DNA from: Leptospiraceae bacterium
GTDB taxonomy: Bacteria; Spirochaetota; Leptospiria; Leptospirales; Leptonemataceae
DNA length: 64,000 bases
Assembly (NCBI GenBank): GCA_040217195.1
Contig: JAVJNR010000004.1
Location: 160,001-224,000, forward strand
Reading direction: 5' to 3'
The notes beneath the pieces are model-generated. The model was not told where the DNA came from. It ran no database searches and was given only the letters and a program-made list of their open reading frames with translations. Shown in pieces: positions 29,049 to 40,986 of this stretch. The number at the start of each line of letters is the position of its first letter. The first letter of the stretch is position 1. The translations under genes were made by a program, and so were the position numbers.

Positions 29049-30008
29049 CTATTCATCCCTGTAGGGACTGAGACCAGGCTTTATCCTGTCTAACTTTCTA
29101 TGCTTTAGAAGCTCGGTCAAATCATGACTGAATCCGTAGCGTCGCTGCAGAGCGATGGCACGAGTTAACAGTTCAGCCTTATCGGGCTCTTTTCCGTCAA
29201 AAGCTACTACGATGCGACTGGAATTGGAGAAGCTATAATAGGTATGAGTATGGTCGAATATCTCTCGCAGAGTCACTATAGTACGATCGTGCACTTCATC
29301 GTCATAAATGTTAAGAAATAGTACGCCCCCGGGTCGCAGTATTGACTTCACTTCGCGGTAAAACTCCAGAGTGATCAGATGCTCGGGTATATAGCCGCCA
29401 CCGTAGGCATCTCCCATAACCAGATCGTATTTATGGGCGGTCCCTTGCACAAATCTACGAGCATCATCCACATGTACATCGTAGTTCACACCTGGATCGG
29501 TCATAAAGTATCGAACTGCCATGGAAGCCACGCCACCATCAATTTCCACTCCATCAATGTACATGTCTGGAATAAAACGATGGAAGTAATTACTGATTGC
29601 TCCACCACCCAGGCCCAGAAGCAAAAATCGTTTATGTTCTTTTGCATACAGTAGAGCTGCCGGAGCTAGCTCACCATAGGCAAGTACCAGCTCATCTGGT
29701 TGACTGAGATTGATCTCTGTTTCTTTGTACAGGGAGCCGCCTCGCTTGAAGTAAAGAACTATATTGCTTCCTTCCTTGCGAACAATGATATGACTGAACG
29801 TAGAGCGAAAATCTTCTATGTTTCCCTGCGGAAGTGCGCGAAGCTCTTCAAGTGAAAGTGGCTTTACTTGATTTGGATCCTGCTCTGCCCAGGGAGATGC
29901 ATGGAGCAATACAGAAAAAAATGAAACCAGGACAATTCCGGCTATTGAAAAAGATGGAATTGCTATTCTTCGATTATCAACGTATAGTTTTGCCATATCA
30001 ATCTGCAA
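29049..30008 (-). CDS. Spermidine synthase-like SAM-dependent transferase with an N-terminal hydrophobic segment
   Basis: LLGLGGG, GVEID, DDARRFV, YDLVMGDAY and LRPGGVL. Confidence 0.8.
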   Translation of the reverse strand: MQIDMAKLYVDNRRIAIPSFSIAGIVLVSFFSVLLHASPWAEQDPNQVKPLSLEELRALPQGNIEDFRSTFSHIIVRKEGSNIVLYFKRGGSLYKETEINLSQPDELVLAYGELAPAALLYAKEHKRFLLLGLGGGAISNYFHRFIPDMYIDGVEIDGGVASMAVRYFMTDPGVNYDVHVDDARRFVQGTAHKYDLVMGDAYGGGYIPEHLITLEFYREVKSILRPGGVLFLNIYDDEVHDRTIVTLREIFDHTHTYYSFSNSSRIVVAFDGKEPDKAELLTRAIALQRRYGFSHDLTELLKHRKLDRIKPGLSPYRDE

Positions 30009-30030
30009 TCAGATATTCTGCCGGGTTGGT

Positions 30031-31983
30031 TCAGGTAGTGCCACCCATTTGACGATACATATTTTCGATTTCATGCGCGTATTTATCGCTGACTACATTC
30101 CTTCGGACCTTCAATGTCTGGGTCAATTCTTCGCCTGCTTTAAAAGGTTCAGCAAGCAAATAAAATACCCCAATTCGCTCAAAACTCTTAAATCCTGTTT
30201 CTTGCCCGACGCATGCTCTAATCTCTTTGCGAAATAGCTTAACTATGTCCTCATTGAGGTTGTAGTACTGCGAACCAATGGCTCCTTCAAGATTCATTTC
30301 CTTTAGTTTCTTTTCCAGGGCTTCATGCGCCGGTACAATCAGAGCTCCCAGGTATTTTTTGTCCTGGCCCACCACCATCACCTGGTGAATCAGCGGACTC
30401 TGACTTAGAGCAAATTCAAGGGGCTCCGGTTCGATATTCTCACCACCCATCAAGACGATTGTATCCTTGGCCCGTCCCGCAAACTTCAGCAAACCTTCCC
30501 TGGTCCAGATTAATAAATCGCCGGAATCCAACCAGCCATCCTTTAACGTGGCCTGAGTTCGTTGCTCATCTTTGTAATAACCTTGCATTATATGAGGTCC
30601 TTTATGAAAACAGACTCCCTTAACTCCGGTTTTCTTAACTTCCTTTCCGTGGGAGTCCAGAAGCTTCACTTCTATTCCGGCCACTGGCTTGCCCACCGTA
30701 CCGATAACAAAGTTCTTTCCCAACCGAGCAACGGACACTCCGGACGTTTCGGTCATTCCATAGACCTCAAAAATAGGAATTCCTATGGAAGCGAACAATC
30801 GATCGATGTGCTCCGGAAGGGCTCCGGCCCCGGAAACTGCATATCTTAGCTCGCCTCCAAGGACACCTCGAATCTTTTTGAATGCCAGTCGGGATACCAG
30901 AAATAATGGCCAGAGAATCGAAACAATTATCGTAGAATAGATCCGCTCCAGAAGCACCAGAATCCCCGGAATTGGCCTGGTATGGTAGGAATTACCTCGC
31001 ATTCTATCCCAGTGAAAACGAAAGGTCAAAGCAACCCGGCGAAAGAAGAAAAAGATCTTCTGTCGAAGTGGAGGAGCTTGCCGCACCGTTTCTAGAATTT
31101 TATTGTACATTGCTTCCCAGACACGAGGAACACTGAACAGGACCGTAGGTTTCACTTCCTGCAGATCTTTAGAGAGACTGGTGATGGTAGTAAATGCAAT
31201 ACTGGAACCGCAATGATAGAGGACCGTTTCCCAGAGTCGCTCACCAATGTGCCATGGAGGTAAGAAGCCAAGAGAGCGATCGCTGCTGGTATAGGGAGTT
31301 CCCTGCTCTTTTAGAATCTCCAGAATGGTTCTTGCTTCCCAGGCCAGGTTGGAATGCGAAAGCATAACTCCCTTGGGGGTCCCTGTTGTACCTGATGTAT
31401 AAATGATAGTCGCAAGATCCCCGGGGATGACGGCGGATCCCTCTTTGTCCACAGCGCCAGGATCTTCAGAAAGGTGTTTTTGTCCCAGTTCCATTAAGCT
31501 CTGCAAAGCCATGATTTCAACACCCGAAAAAGAATCCAGCTCCGACTGTTTTTCGTAGAAGATTATATACTTTAGACTATCCAGTTCAGCCAGAGTCACC
31601 TTGAGCTTTTCGTAGGCTGCGCGATTCTGTAGAAATACAGCTTTCGCTTCCGAATGGCTCATGATATATTTCAAGTCCTCGGAAGTGGCATCCGTACCTC
31701 GGGGAACATCCACCAGGCCTATGGAATTCAACGCTCCGCTGATTCGAAGCCAATGAGGGCCTGCATCTGCGATCAAGGCCACCCGATCTCCCTTTTGGAG
31801 ATTCAGAAATTTCATGCCCGCGGCAATGGATGTTAACTCTTCATAGAATTGATGATAGGTAATGGTGCTTAATTCGCCGTCGGCATTTCTGAACCTCTGG
31901 CAGACAAGATCTGTGTGCCGCCCTGCCGACTCCTTGAAGATGTGATACATAGTTGCATCAGGGCTTAGCGGATTGAATTTCAT
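30031..31983 (-). CDS. Long-chain-fatty-acid--CoA ligase
   Basis: AMP-binding IIYTSGTTGTPKGVMLSH, YGMTET, WLDSGDL and GRAKDTIVLMGGENIEP. Confidence 0.93.
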   Translation of the reverse strand: MKFNPLSPDATMYHIFKESAGRHTDLVCQRFRNADGELSTITYHQFYEELTSIAAGMKFLNLQKGDRVALIADAGPHWLRISGALNSIGLVDVPRGTDATSEDLKYIMSHSEAKAVFLQNRAAYEKLKVTLAELDSLKYIIFYEKQSELDSFSGVEIMALQSLMELGQKHLSEDPGAVDKEGSAVIPGDLATIIYTSGTTGTPKGVMLSHSNLAWEARTILEILKEQGTPYTSSDRSLGFLPPWHIGERLWETVLYHCGSSIAFTTITSLSKDLQEVKPTVLFSVPRVWEAMYNKILETVRQAPPLRQKIFFFFRRVALTFRFHWDRMRGNSYHTRPIPGILVLLERIYSTIIVSILWPLFLVSRLAFKKIRGVLGGELRYAVSGAGALPEHIDRLFASIGIPIFEVYGMTETSGVSVARLGKNFVIGTVGKPVAGIEVKLLDSHGKEVKKTGVKGVCFHKGPHIMQGYYKDEQRTQATLKDGWLDSGDLLIWTREGLLKFAGRAKDTIVLMGGENIEPEPLEFALSQSPLIHQVMVVGQDKKYLGALIVPAHEALEKKLKEMNLEGAIGSQYYNLNEDIVKLFRKEIRACVGQETGFKSFERIGVFYLLAEPFKAGEELTQTLKVRRNVVSDKYAHEIENMYRQMGGTT

Positions 31984-32051
31984 AGTCTGAGCATGGGACA
32001 GTCCACTGCCAGAGCAAGGCATTTCTGTTCGTAGATGCCCTTACTCGATGC

Positions 32052-33350
32052 TCATGATCGGGCGCGCAGGGGTTCCAGCCGATTTGCAAGAATCAAACAG
32101 ATGCACAGCAACAGGGCGAAGAACAACAGCTGGATTTGAGTTCCCAGGAACTGTGCCACGAATGCAAAGCTAGCTGCAAGCAATGTAAAACATCCCATGA
32201 ATGTGTTGGCCACGGAGATGTAAGTGGATCGGTTATCTTCCGGAGCATAATCCACCAGATAGGTCTTTCGACCCAACCTGGCCCCACTATAGGCTATGGA
32301 ATGTATGAAAATTAGAGCCAGTGAACCGAAGAATAAATACTTCTCATCAAGAAAATGCGGCATCAGCATTGCAGCCAGAATTACAATCAATGCAATGATA
32401 CTGCATACCTGAATCAGTCCGGCAGCGGATCGATCTGCATGGCGGCCCCAGAATGGGCTACTTATTAACTCAGCAATCCCACCGACAAGGATTAGCCATC
32501 CCATGGAGCCCGGTTCATTGCTGGCCATACCGAGAACTACGTACGGTAACATTAACGGAATAGAAAAAAGCAGGGCCCGAACAGCCAGGAATCTGCGAAA
32601 GTTCGAATCCTGTCGCAACACAGCCATACCGGCGCGCAATTCATCAATCGGATTTCGACCGCCCCGGGTGGCCCCGGGAAATTCTTTAATCCTTGAATAT
32701 ATCAACGCTGAGACCCACCATAGACCGGCAGCAATCCAGAACAGCCAGGTAAATACGGTAGTACTCTCTTCGCCTCTAACATAAAAAAGTAAGCCCAGCC
32801 CGGCCGGAATAGAAAGCATACCTCCAAACAGAGCTCGGTAGGATAACAGGGAACCACGCTGTCCCGAAGGAATGGTCTTGGCGGTCACGTCCTTGAAAGC
32901 CAGAGATGCAATTCCACTGGCCACAGAGTAGAGCAGAAATAGAAGTAAAATGGAAACTCCAGCCCACCGGGTCTTCAGATATAAAATGGCAAAACCACAG
33001 GCCAGCAAACACAACCCCTGAACCGATGCGGCCAGTACCCAGACAGACTTTCGTATAGCCATGGAGCGAATACGTGCGGAAACGAAAATTTGAGGCAACA
33101 ATGACCCGGCATCTCTAACTGGAACCAATAAACCGATCCAGAAGGTAGATACTCCAAGAGCAGAAAGAATCCAGGGCAGGGTTAAACCCGGATGAATGAT
33201 TCTTTCTGCGAGTTTCGTAATGGTTCCGTTCAGGATATTGGCAGCGAAATTCCCGGGCACCTCCTGGCAGAATTCATCCGGTATCCTTTCGCAGGATCTC
33301 AATTCATCGTCCGTAAGAAAGGAATGGAATCGCTCGGATACAGCTGCCAC
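32052..33350 (-). CDS. MFS transporter
   Basis: About 12 TM segments; WGRHADRS; RKTYLVDYAPEDNRSTY. Confidence 0.85.
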   Translation of the reverse strand: MAAVSERFHSFLTDDELRSCERIPDEFCQEVPGNFAANILNGTITKLAERIIHPGLTLPWILSALGVSTFWIGLLVPVRDAGSLLPQIFVSARIRSMAIRKSVWVLAASVQGLCLLACGFAILYLKTRWAGVSILLLFLLYSVASGIASLAFKDVTAKTIPSGQRGSLLSYRALFGGMLSIPAGLGLLFYVRGEESTTVFTWLFWIAAGLWWVSALIYSRIKEFPGATRGGRNPIDELRAGMAVLRQDSNFRRFLAVRALLFSIPLMLPYVVLGMASNEPGSMGWLILVGGIAELISSPFWGRHADRSAAGLIQVCSIIALIVILAAMLMPHFLDEKYLFFGSLALIFIHSIAYSGARLGRKTYLVDYAPEDNRSTYISVANTFMGCFTLLAASFAFVAQFLGTQIQLLFFALLLCICLILANRLEPLRARS

Positions 33351-33503
33351 GGGACGATTCCATTGGGGTAAGCTCCTATTTCAATTTTTTTCGAGCCCGG
33401 GAGCCCAATTCCAGGCCTTTCAGGAAGCAGCGCAATTCAATAGTACGATCTGGAAATTGCCACGCAGCTGGTGGCGAAGGCTGGCTCACTTATCCAGTTA
33501 AGT

Positions 33504-33833
33504 TCATCCGTAAATAGAAAGGGTGGTGGCCAGTAAAAGATCGCTCAGGATGATCGGAGTTTCAAACTGAACAAACACTGTATAGAAATATTGACCCTTG
33601 ATCTCCATTCCTTCCTTTTTCAGAATTTCTGCTTTGAAATCCATCTCAGTTCCGTATCTGGAATCCACGCTACCGCGGAGACTTCGTCCAGGATCAATTT
33701 GAAGATACTCTTTGCTATCCAGAGCAAAGTGGGCTTCTCTCTCATTTATGGAAAGCAAATAGGCTCTGAAGAACTTTCCTCTATGGTATAATCTAACCCT
33801 GAAATGAAAGAATGCCAGCGGTTCTGCATGCAT
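33504..33833 (-). CDS. Small beta-rich hypothetical protein, PilZ-like pattern
   Basis: Alternating beta-strand pattern ending VQF; lacks the RxxxR c-di-GMP motif. Confidence 0.5.
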   Translation of the reverse strand: MHAEPLAFFHFRVRLYHRGKFFRAYLLSINEREAHFALDSKEYLQIDPGRSLRGSVDSRYGTEMDFKAEILKKEGMEIKGQYFYTVFVQFETPIILSDLLLATTLSIYG

Positions 33834-33888
33834 GGTCCTATAGAAGGATTTGGCTGTTACTCACAGGTTACGACTTCCGTACGATCCA

Positions 33889-36800
33889 TCAATTTTCCGC
33901 TCCGGCAACAGTTCGCTCCTTCATCACGGCCCGAGTAATGGCTCTGTAATAATCGCTTTCTGGAAGCTCCTCAATCGACCGGGGACTTAATAATTTCCAG
34001 TTTGGATACTCATCCACTGTACCTGGCATATTTGGCTGATGCAGATCTCCGGTTAGATCATTCATGGAAACCAGAACCAATCTGGAAGAACTACGAGCCA
34101 GGGCTCTGTGAATGGCTACAGAAAGATCCAGCAAGTCCTCCTGGCCTGGCGCCTCCCCCTTCCCTGCAGAAAATGCATCTGCCTGCTCAGCAATACTCTG
34201 TAGAGTGTTTTCTCGCACAGGATCAATTAGTTTATGTTCCAGTAGATATTTTAAGATTCTCTGCCGATCGGCAGACCTTTCCTCCATTGCCTCGGCGGCA
34301 TCCTCTACACTGCGAAACCTTCTACATTCCTTGCGATCTAGAATGTCAGTTCCCAGCCAGTAACCGTTCCATGTGGGCAGGTCATGAGTATTTAATGTGG
34401 CAACAGAGAGGTTCGGATATTCCATTGTATCCAGAAGAGATCCGTCCTGGTTTCGCTCGAAAAACATTACTTTCCAGGACAGCATATGTCTCTTTCTCAA
34501 AATGTCTTCGATCTCTTCGGGAACCGTTCCCAGATCTTCGCCGATTACTGTGCATCGATGAAGATGACTTTCCAGGCAGAGCAGAGCGGTTAATTCTCTG
34601 TAAGGGTAGTAGACATAGGTGCCCGCATCGGGATGGACCCAGAAAAGACGAAACAGCCACATAACGTGATCCAGTCTCACAAATCCATCTGTGATCATGT
34701 TGGAACGAAGCAGATCCCGAAAGGGCCTGTAAGCTTTCTTCTTCAGCACCAGGGGGTTCCAGACTCCAATTCCCCAGTCCTGGCCTGTAGGTGCAAAGAA
34801 GTCAGGAGGTGCTCCGGCCCTGGCCTTCTTCGCATACAGATCTGGACTCACGCGATGATCCGCTCCATCGGTGGCAACGCCAACAGCAACATCTGTATAT
34901 AATCGCAGGCCTGCTTCGGCCAGCTCTTCGCAGACTTTTTGAAACTGGTCTCTCGCGGCCCAGAATATATACTCATAGAATCCCAGACGGCCGGCGTACT
35001 TCTGGCGAATCTCGTTGTCAGTCTTTCCCGCTTTCCAGGCCTTTTCTTCGGAGCTACCATGCACATCAATCTCCTGGATTAGCTCAAACATTGCATGGTC
35101 ATGTAATTCTGGATTCTTCCTCAGGTAAGACTGCATCTCATCTTTGCGTCCATGTACAATTGGATCCTCCGATGTCTGAAACGCATGGTAGGCCTTTTCC
35201 AGAAGCTCTAGCTTCAACTTCATGGAGCGAGCATAGTCGATTTGATAATCATCAGGAATAAAGGCAGCTTCCCGGGCCATTTGCTGGCCTTCCGGAACAG
35301 ATCGCCACTCTGGAAGCAATGACACAGAAATATAGAACGGATGAATGCCTTTTCGCGTAGATGGATAATAGGGACTTCTCAATTCTGGATGATTCAAAAA
35401 CAGTGCATGTAATGGCGAAAGTCCCAGAATTTCGTATCCATCCCTGGCAAGTTGACGCCCCAGCTCAAGCAGATCCTGAAAATCGCCAGCTCCCAGACTC
35501 TGCGAAGAGTGAATGGAGTATAGCTGCACAGTAACTCCACTCTTGCGTACTCCATCGTCCCATTTTTCTCGGAGAAGAGACTCACCCTGGTTCGGCTCTG
35601 GTTCAGAGTCTTGTTTCGCATCCCCGGATGGTGCAACAAAGCATCTGTCCGGACTAATAACCAGCAGGCCTCTATCCCAGGCAATGCCTCCTTTCAGTAG
35701 CTCCATTACATAGTACCCTGGATTCAGATCTTCCGGTACCGGAATGTGATAGGCAAAATACCGGATATCGTCCAGTACCACGGATCCCTGTTTCCATCTT
35801 TCTTCGATAGGTATGTGCCGCAGACTTTCGCCGCTTTCATACATGATGGTCAGCGCATTTCCATCCAACTCTTCTTCTGGAAGACGAATCTGAACATATC
35901 CCTCTTCTGTATTCAGCTCACCTTCGAAGCAAACCGTACAGGAGTCCATAGAATCGTTCCAGTGCTGACGCTTTAGATCCAGCAGTACTTCATCGGGCCG
36001 GAAATCCTCGGAAATCTCTGGTAGCATTTCTCGGATTATCTTTTCCAGTCTCAGCCCTTCCAGGTTATGAGTCTTTCCGGTCAGATCTGTGAATGTGCGC
36101 AGAATCCCCAGCTCATCGGCCAGTCTTTGCAAGGCCGGCTCCCTGGATTGACGATCCAGTTCCCGATCCAACCAGCCCAGCTCGGCTTCGAAAATGCAGA
36201 CTCCTTCCGGCCCTAGAGTAAACCAGGCGCCTGGCGGTAATTCACGGTTTTCAATCCTGGTATCTCCGTTTTCAGAATAGCTTCCTTCCGAGCAGAGCAC
36301 GCAGGTCCACATGGCCTGAAACAGAGTCGGAATGCGAAAGCGCAAAGCCCCTTCTTCCGGGTTAAAACAGATAAAAAGACTGCGACCTTCCATGAGACGC
36401 TTTAGATCAGCTCTTCTTCCAAATTCGGAAGGCAAGACCACCGAAAAAGCTTTGCCTCTTTCATGCCATTGCCTTTCGTCCAGCTCATCGCCGGAAGGAG
36501 CAAGCCAGTACACATCTTTGATTTCTGACCCTCCCGGATCGTAACCAAACAGAAAATTCTTTCTTCGCAGTACCTCGTTTCTTTTTCGAATTTCGATTAA
36601 CTTTCTGGTCCAGTCCAGAAGCTCCGAGGCTTCTTCGGAGACTTTCCAATCAACATAACTGATACTATTGTCCTGACAGTAGGCATTGTTATTACCTCTT
36701 TGCGTTCGTCCCCGCTCATCACCGGACAATAGCATGGGTACTCCCTGGGAGGTGAGCAAGGTAGTAAGCAGGGCCTTTTTCTTTCGCATCCTGCGAGCCT

Positions 36801-38301
36801 GCACTGCCGGATCATCGGTTTCCCCTTCTACTCCATTATTGTGACTGAGATTTTCATCGTGGCCGTCGGTATTTTCCCACAGATTACTTTCATTGTGTTT
36901 TTCGCTGTAAGTAACCAGATCATGTAGGGTAAATCCATCATGCGCTGTAATGTAATTGATGCTGGCTGAAGTTTTTCGTCCTGCCGATGCATACAGATCC
37001 GAGGAACCTGCATAACGAGTTACCATTGTTGCCACCCTGGCCTCACCAAGGTTCCAGTACCGCCGAATCTGATCCCGGTACTGCCCATTCCATTCCGCCC
37101 ATTGTCCGGGAAAATTACCTACCTGGTAGCCTCCTTCGCCCAGATCCCAGGGCTCCGCTATTAGCTTAACTCGCGAAAGTACCGGGTCCTGGCTAATAAT
37201 ATCAAAAAAGGATGCCAGTCGATCCACTTCAAAGAGCTCCCGGGCAAGTGCGCTGGCCAGATCAAAGCGAAATCCGTCTACATGCATTTCGGTGACCCAG
37301 TATCGCAGGGAGTCCATGATCAGTTGCAACACCCTGGGATTATTCATATTCAGGGTGTTGCCACAGCCGGTAAAATCCTGAAACAAATGAGGCGCATCTG
37401 GCTGCAATCTGTAGTAGGCCTGATTGTCGATGCCGCGAAAGCTCAACGTAGGTCCTGTATGGTCCGTTTCTGCAGTATGATTGTACACTACATCAAGGAT
37501 CACTTCCAGACCGGCCTGATGAAGTGTGCGGACCATTGTCTTGAATTCGTAGAGTGCATCCGTTTCCCTTCGTCCTACTGCGAATCGGCTGCATGGTGCA
37601 AAATAGGCCAGCGTATTGTAGCCCCAGTAGTTAGTGAGGCTTTTTCGAGCCAGGGCATGTTCTGAGATACTGTGATGAACAGGTAATAGTTCCACCGCCG
37701 TAATTCCCAGTGATTTCAGATACTCGATGACCGGTTCGCTACAGAACCCCAGGTAGGTACCCCGCAATTCCTGAGGCACCTCTGGATGTCGCATGGTGAA
37801 TCCCTTTACATGAGCTTCATAGATGACTGTGTCTTCCCACGGTATTCTGGGAGGCCTATCGTCTCCCCAGGTGAATGCAGCGTCCACCACAGCGCCCAGA
37901 GGCACATACGGCGCCGAATCGCTAAAATCCGGGCTTTCCAGATTGTCCGGGTATTTCCAGCCGTACAGAGATGGATGCCAGGTCAAATCCCGGCCAATGG
38001 CTCTAGCATAGGGATCCAGCAAAACTTTGGCCGGATTGAAACGATGACCTTCATGAGGTGCGTACGGCCCGGTTACCCGATACCCGTATAGTTGCCCCGG
38101 TCGAATGCCCGGGACATAACAATGCCAGACGTAATCGGTACGCTCATGCAGCGGAATGCAGTATGCTTCCGAGGTATCCTTTGAGTGATCAAACAGACAG
38201 AGTGTAATACTTCTGGCATTTTCGGAATACAGGGCAAAGTTTACACCTGCACCATCCCATGTAGCTCCCAGCGGATAAGGCTTACCTGGCAGTACCTTCA
38301 T
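33889..38301 (-). CDS. glgX: Glycogen debranching enzyme GlgX fused to 4-alpha-glucanotransferase MalQ (GH13 + GH77)
   Basis: N-half: [36 protein letters not shown]-half: [49 protein letters not shown]. Confidence 0.93.
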   Translation of the reverse strand: MKVLPGKPYPLGATWDGAGVNFALYSENARSITLCLFDHSKDTSEAYCIPLHERTDYVWHCYVPGIRPGQLYGYRVTGPYAPHEGHRFNPAKVLLDPYARAIGRDLTWHPSLYGWKYPDNLESPDFSDSAPYVPLGAVVDAAFTWGDDRPPRIPWEDTVIYEAHVKGFTMRHPEVPQELRGTYLGFCSEPVIEYLKSLGITAVELLPVHHSISEHALARKSLTNYWGYNTLAYFAPCSRFAVGRRETDALYEFKTMVRTLHQAGLEVILDVVYNHTAETDHTGPTLSFRGIDNQAYYRLQPDAPHLFQDFTGCGNTLNMNNPRVLQLIMDSLRYWVTEMHVDGFRFDLASALARELFEVDRLASFFDIISQDPVLSRVKLIAEPWDLGEGGYQVGNFPGQWAEWNGQYRDQIRRYWNLGEARVATMVTRYAGSSDLYASAGRKTSASINYITAHDGFTLHDLVTYSEKHNESNLWENTDGHDENLSHNNGVEGETDDPAVQARRMRKKKALLTTLLTSQGVPMLLSGDERGRTQRGNNNAYCQDNSISYVDWKVSEEASELLDWTRKLIEIRKRNEVLRRKNFLFGYDPGGSEIKDVYWLAPSGDELDERQWHERGKAFSVVLPSEFGRRADLKRLMEGRSLFICFNPEEGALRFRIPTLFQAMWTCVLCSEGSYSENGDTRIENRELPPGAWFTLGPEGVCIFEAELGWLDRELDRQSREPALQRLADELGILRTFTDLTGKTHNLEGLRLEKIIREMLPEISEDFRPDEVLLDLKRQHWNDSMDSCTVCFEGELNTEEGYVQIRLPEEELDGNALTIMYESGESLRHIPIEERWKQGSVVLDDIRYFAYHIPVPEDLNPGYYVMELLKGGIAWDRGLLVISPDRCFVAPSGDAKQDSEPEPNQGESLLREKWDDGVRKSGVTVQLYSIHSSQSLGAGDFQDLLELGRQLARDGYEILGLSPLHALFLNHPELRSPYYPSTRKGIHPFYISVSLLPEWRSVPEGQQMAREAAFIPDDYQIDYARSMKLKLELLEKAYHAFQTSEDPIVHGRKDEMQSYLRKNPELHDHAMFELIQEIDVHGSSEEKAWKAGKTDNEIRQKYAGRLGFYEYIFWAARDQFQKVCEELAEAGLRLYTDVAVGVATDGADHRVSPDLYAKKARAGAPPDFFAPTGQDWGIGVWNPLVLKKKAYRPFRDLLRSNMITDGFVRLDHVMWLFRLFWVHPDAGTYVYYPYRELTALLCLESHLHRCTVIGEDLGTVPEEIEDILRKRHMLSWKVMFFERNQDGSLLDTMEYPNLSVATLNTHDLPTWNGYWLGTDILDRKECRRFRSVEDAAEAMEERSADRQRILKYLLEHKLIDPVRENTLQSIAEQADAFSAGKGEAPGQEDLLDLSVAIHRALARSSSRLVLVSMNDLTGDLHQPNMPGTVDEYPNWKLLSPRSIEELPESDYYRAITRAVMKERTVAGAEN

Positions 38302-38458
38302 TTATATATTCACTCCTCTGTAGTACCTTTGCGACTTCTTCGCGGATAAAAGTGGCAAAAGCATTCGAAAACCATATTTCATTTGACAAAATGAATATGC
38401 AAGCCTGACTCAGGTTACTGGTGAAATCTCGTTCGCATATCCGAAAAAAGCAATTTTC

Positions 38459-39778
38459 ATGAAACCTTTGAAGATACTTATGATTGGCTGGGAATACCCG
38501 CCGGCCATTACGGGCGGCCTGGGGATAGCTTGCCGCGGTCTGGCCCGAGAAGTTGCTGCACGTGGACACACAGTCTATTTTGTGCTTCCCCGGGTGCATG
38601 GAAATGAACCCCGGGATCCAGGTGTGAACCTGATCGGGCTAAATACTCGCGATTTACCAATATCAGATGATGAACTGAAGGGAATGCTTCTGAATTTTGC
38701 GGAGCAACATGGCGATGAAATTCTGCGAATGATTCCGTTTGGGGCCTATGAAAGCCCGGTCATGACCGCAGAGCAAATTTCGCAGAACCTGGATCTTATT
38801 CGAAAGCAGCTTTCACAGGAGATGGAAACCAATCAGAGTGCAGCCGAGCGATTGCTCAGCGGTGGGTATGGGTCTGACCTGATCCATCAAATCCATTTAT
38901 ATGCAGACTTCTGTTCCTTGATTGGAAAGAGACTGAATGTAGATCTCATTCACGGTCATGACTGGATGACTTTTCCCGCTTCTCTGGGGGCCATGGTTCA
39001 ATCCGGGAAACCTCTGGTTGCTCATGTGCATGCAACCGAATTTGATCGAAGTGGCATTCATGGAAATCGATATGTAGAAGATCTTGAACGCCATACTTTC
39101 AACCGGGCCAGCGCTGTGGTCACGGTAAGTAATTATACTCGTAATATCATCATTAACCGGTATGGAGTCTCTCCGGATAAGGTATTTGCAGTTCACAATG
39201 CTGTGGAGCTCGAAGAGGAATCGGTGCCCGCCCGGCGACCGTTTGAAGACAAGATGATTACTTTTCTGGGTCGAATTACGTTTCAGAAAGGACCGGACTA
39301 TTTTGTTCGAGCTGCGCGAAAAGTAATCGATCAGAACCGAAATGTTCGGTTTGTTATGGTTGGAACCGGAGACATGTATCCCCGAATGATCGAGCTGGCT
39401 GCAGACCTGGGAATCGGTAAATATTTTCACTACACCGGATTCTTAAAAAGGGATCAGATCAAGCAGATCTATGGAATGAGTGATTTATACGTCATTCCTT
39501 CCGTATCTGAACCATTTGGACTGACGGCCCTGGAAGCCATGGCTCAGGGAGTACCCGTAATCGTATCCAGGCAATCAGGAGTTAGCGAGGTCATCGAGCA
39601 TGCTATTAAACTGGACTTCTGGGATGTAGATGCCATTGCAAAGTCTATCCTGGATGTCATAGGAGACGATGCACTTCATACTCAACTAAAGCATGGCGGA
39701 CTCAAAGAGGTGCGTAAAATATCCTGGGCCAACAGTGCTCAGAAGCTGGAAGAAGTGTACGGGAGAGTAATCCCATGA
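38459..39778 (+). CDS. GT4 glycosyltransferase (glycogen synthase-like)
   Basis: GWEYPPAITGGLG, IHGHDWMT, HATEFDR, GRITFQKG and PSVSEPFGLTALEAM. Confidence 0.9.
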   Translation: MKPLKILMIGWEYPPAITGGLGIACRGLAREVAARGHTVYFVLPRVHGNEPRDPGVNLIGLNTRDLPISDDELKGMLLNFAEQHGDEILRMIPFGAYESPVMTAEQISQNLDLIRKQLSQEMETNQSAAERLLSGGYGSDLIHQIHLYADFCSLIGKRLNVDLIHGHDWMTFPASLGAMVQSGKPLVAHVHATEFDRSGIHGNRYVEDLERHTFNRASAVVTVSNYTRNIIINRYGVSPDKVFAVHNAVELEEESVPARRPFEDKMITFLGRITFQKGPDYFVRAARKVIDQNRNVRFVMVGTGDMYPRMIELAADLGIGKYFHYTGFLKRDQIKQIYGMSDLYVIPSVSEPFGLTALEAMAQGVPVIVSRQSGVSEVIEHAIKLDFWDVDAIAKSILDVIGDDALHTQLKHGGLKEVRKISWANSAQKLEEVYGRVIP

Positions 39779-40986
39779 TTTCCATTTGCTTTTACTTTGA
39801 GGTCCACCAACCGTTCAGACTGAGAAAATACGGTTTCTTCGATCTTGGAAATGCTCATTACTTTGATGATGAAGCCAATGCCAGAATAGCAGAAAAAGTA
39901 GCCAATAAATGCTATCGGCCAACCACTGCATTACTCTATGAACTTGTAAGAAGACATGGCGATGAATTCAAATTCACTTTCTCGATCACAGGTACCGCCA
40001 TAGAGCAATTCAAGAAATGGACTCCAGATGTAATGGATCTGTTTCGCGCTCTGGCAGAAACCGGCCAGGTTGAATTTCTGGCGGAAACCTATTACCATAG
40101 CCTGGCCAGTCTATTCAGCGAAGATGAATTTCGTCAGCAGGTAAGAATGCACTCCGATCTGATGTATAAAGAATTTGGAGTACGACCCACTTCATTTCGG
40201 AATACAGAGTTAATCTACAATAACCACATTGCCTACCTGGCTGAAGACATGGGATTTAAAGCCATTCTTTGCGAAGGGGCGGAACGATTGCTGGGATGGC
40301 GAAGTCCGAATTACCTCTATCGACCCAGGTATAGTCCGAGAATCAAAGCCTTTCTCAAGAATTACAGACTCAGTGATGATATAGCATTTCGGTTTTCCGA
40401 TCGAGGCTGGCTGGAATTTCCTCTGACCACGGAAAAATTTTCCACCTGGTTACACAATGTGGCCGGAAATGGAAATACTGTTAACCTCTTTATGGATTAC
40501 GAAACCTTCGGAGAACATCAATGGGAGGATACTGGAATCTTCCAATTTCTGGACGCGCTTCCCGCTGCTTTAATGAGGCACAGGGATTTTCGCTTTTCTA
40601 CAGTCACAGAAGCAGCCCGACAAAGAGAACCGGTAGGTGAAATTGATACCGACCAGGCAGTATCCTGGGCTGATATGGAAAGAGATTTATCCGCCTGGCT
40701 GGGAAATAGTATGCAACGAGAAGCGGCCGCTTCCATCTATGAACTGGAAAGAGAAGTGAAGGAGTTAAGCGACCCTGCAATTCTGGAAGACTGGAGAAAA
40801 CTTCAGACTTCCGACCATTTCTACTACATGAGTACCAAATTCTGGAATGACGGAGACGTGCATAAATACTTCAGCCCTTATGGAACACCGCATGAAGCCT
40901 ATGTATATTTCATGAATGTTCTCCAGGATTTAAGAAACAGAATCAAAGAGCGCAAGAAATCCAGAACCTATGCCCAGAAGAGCTAG
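39775..40986 (+). CDS. GH57 alpha-amylase family glycoside hydrolase
   Basis: FEVHQP, ETYYH, FRNTELIY, FMDYETFGEH and QTSDHFYYM. Confidence 0.92.
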   Translation: MISICFYFEVHQPFRLRKYGFFDLGNAHYFDDEANARIAEKVANKCYRPTTALLYELVRRHGDEFKFTFSITGTAIEQFKKWTPDVMDLFRALAETGQVEFLAETYYHSLASLFSEDEFRQQVRMHSDLMYKEFGVRPTSFRNTELIYNNHIAYLAEDMGFKAILCEGAERLLGWRSPNYLYRPRYSPRIKAFLKNYRLSDDIAFRFSDRGWLEFPLTTEKFSTWLHNVAGNGNTVNLFMDYETFGEHQWEDTGIFQFLDALPAALMRHRDFRFSTVTEAARQREPVGEIDTDQAVSWADMERDLSAWLGNSMQREAAASIYELEREVKELSDPAILEDWRKLQTSDHFYYMSTKFWNDGDVHKYFSPYGTPHEAYVYFMNVLQDLRNRIKERKKSRTYAQKS

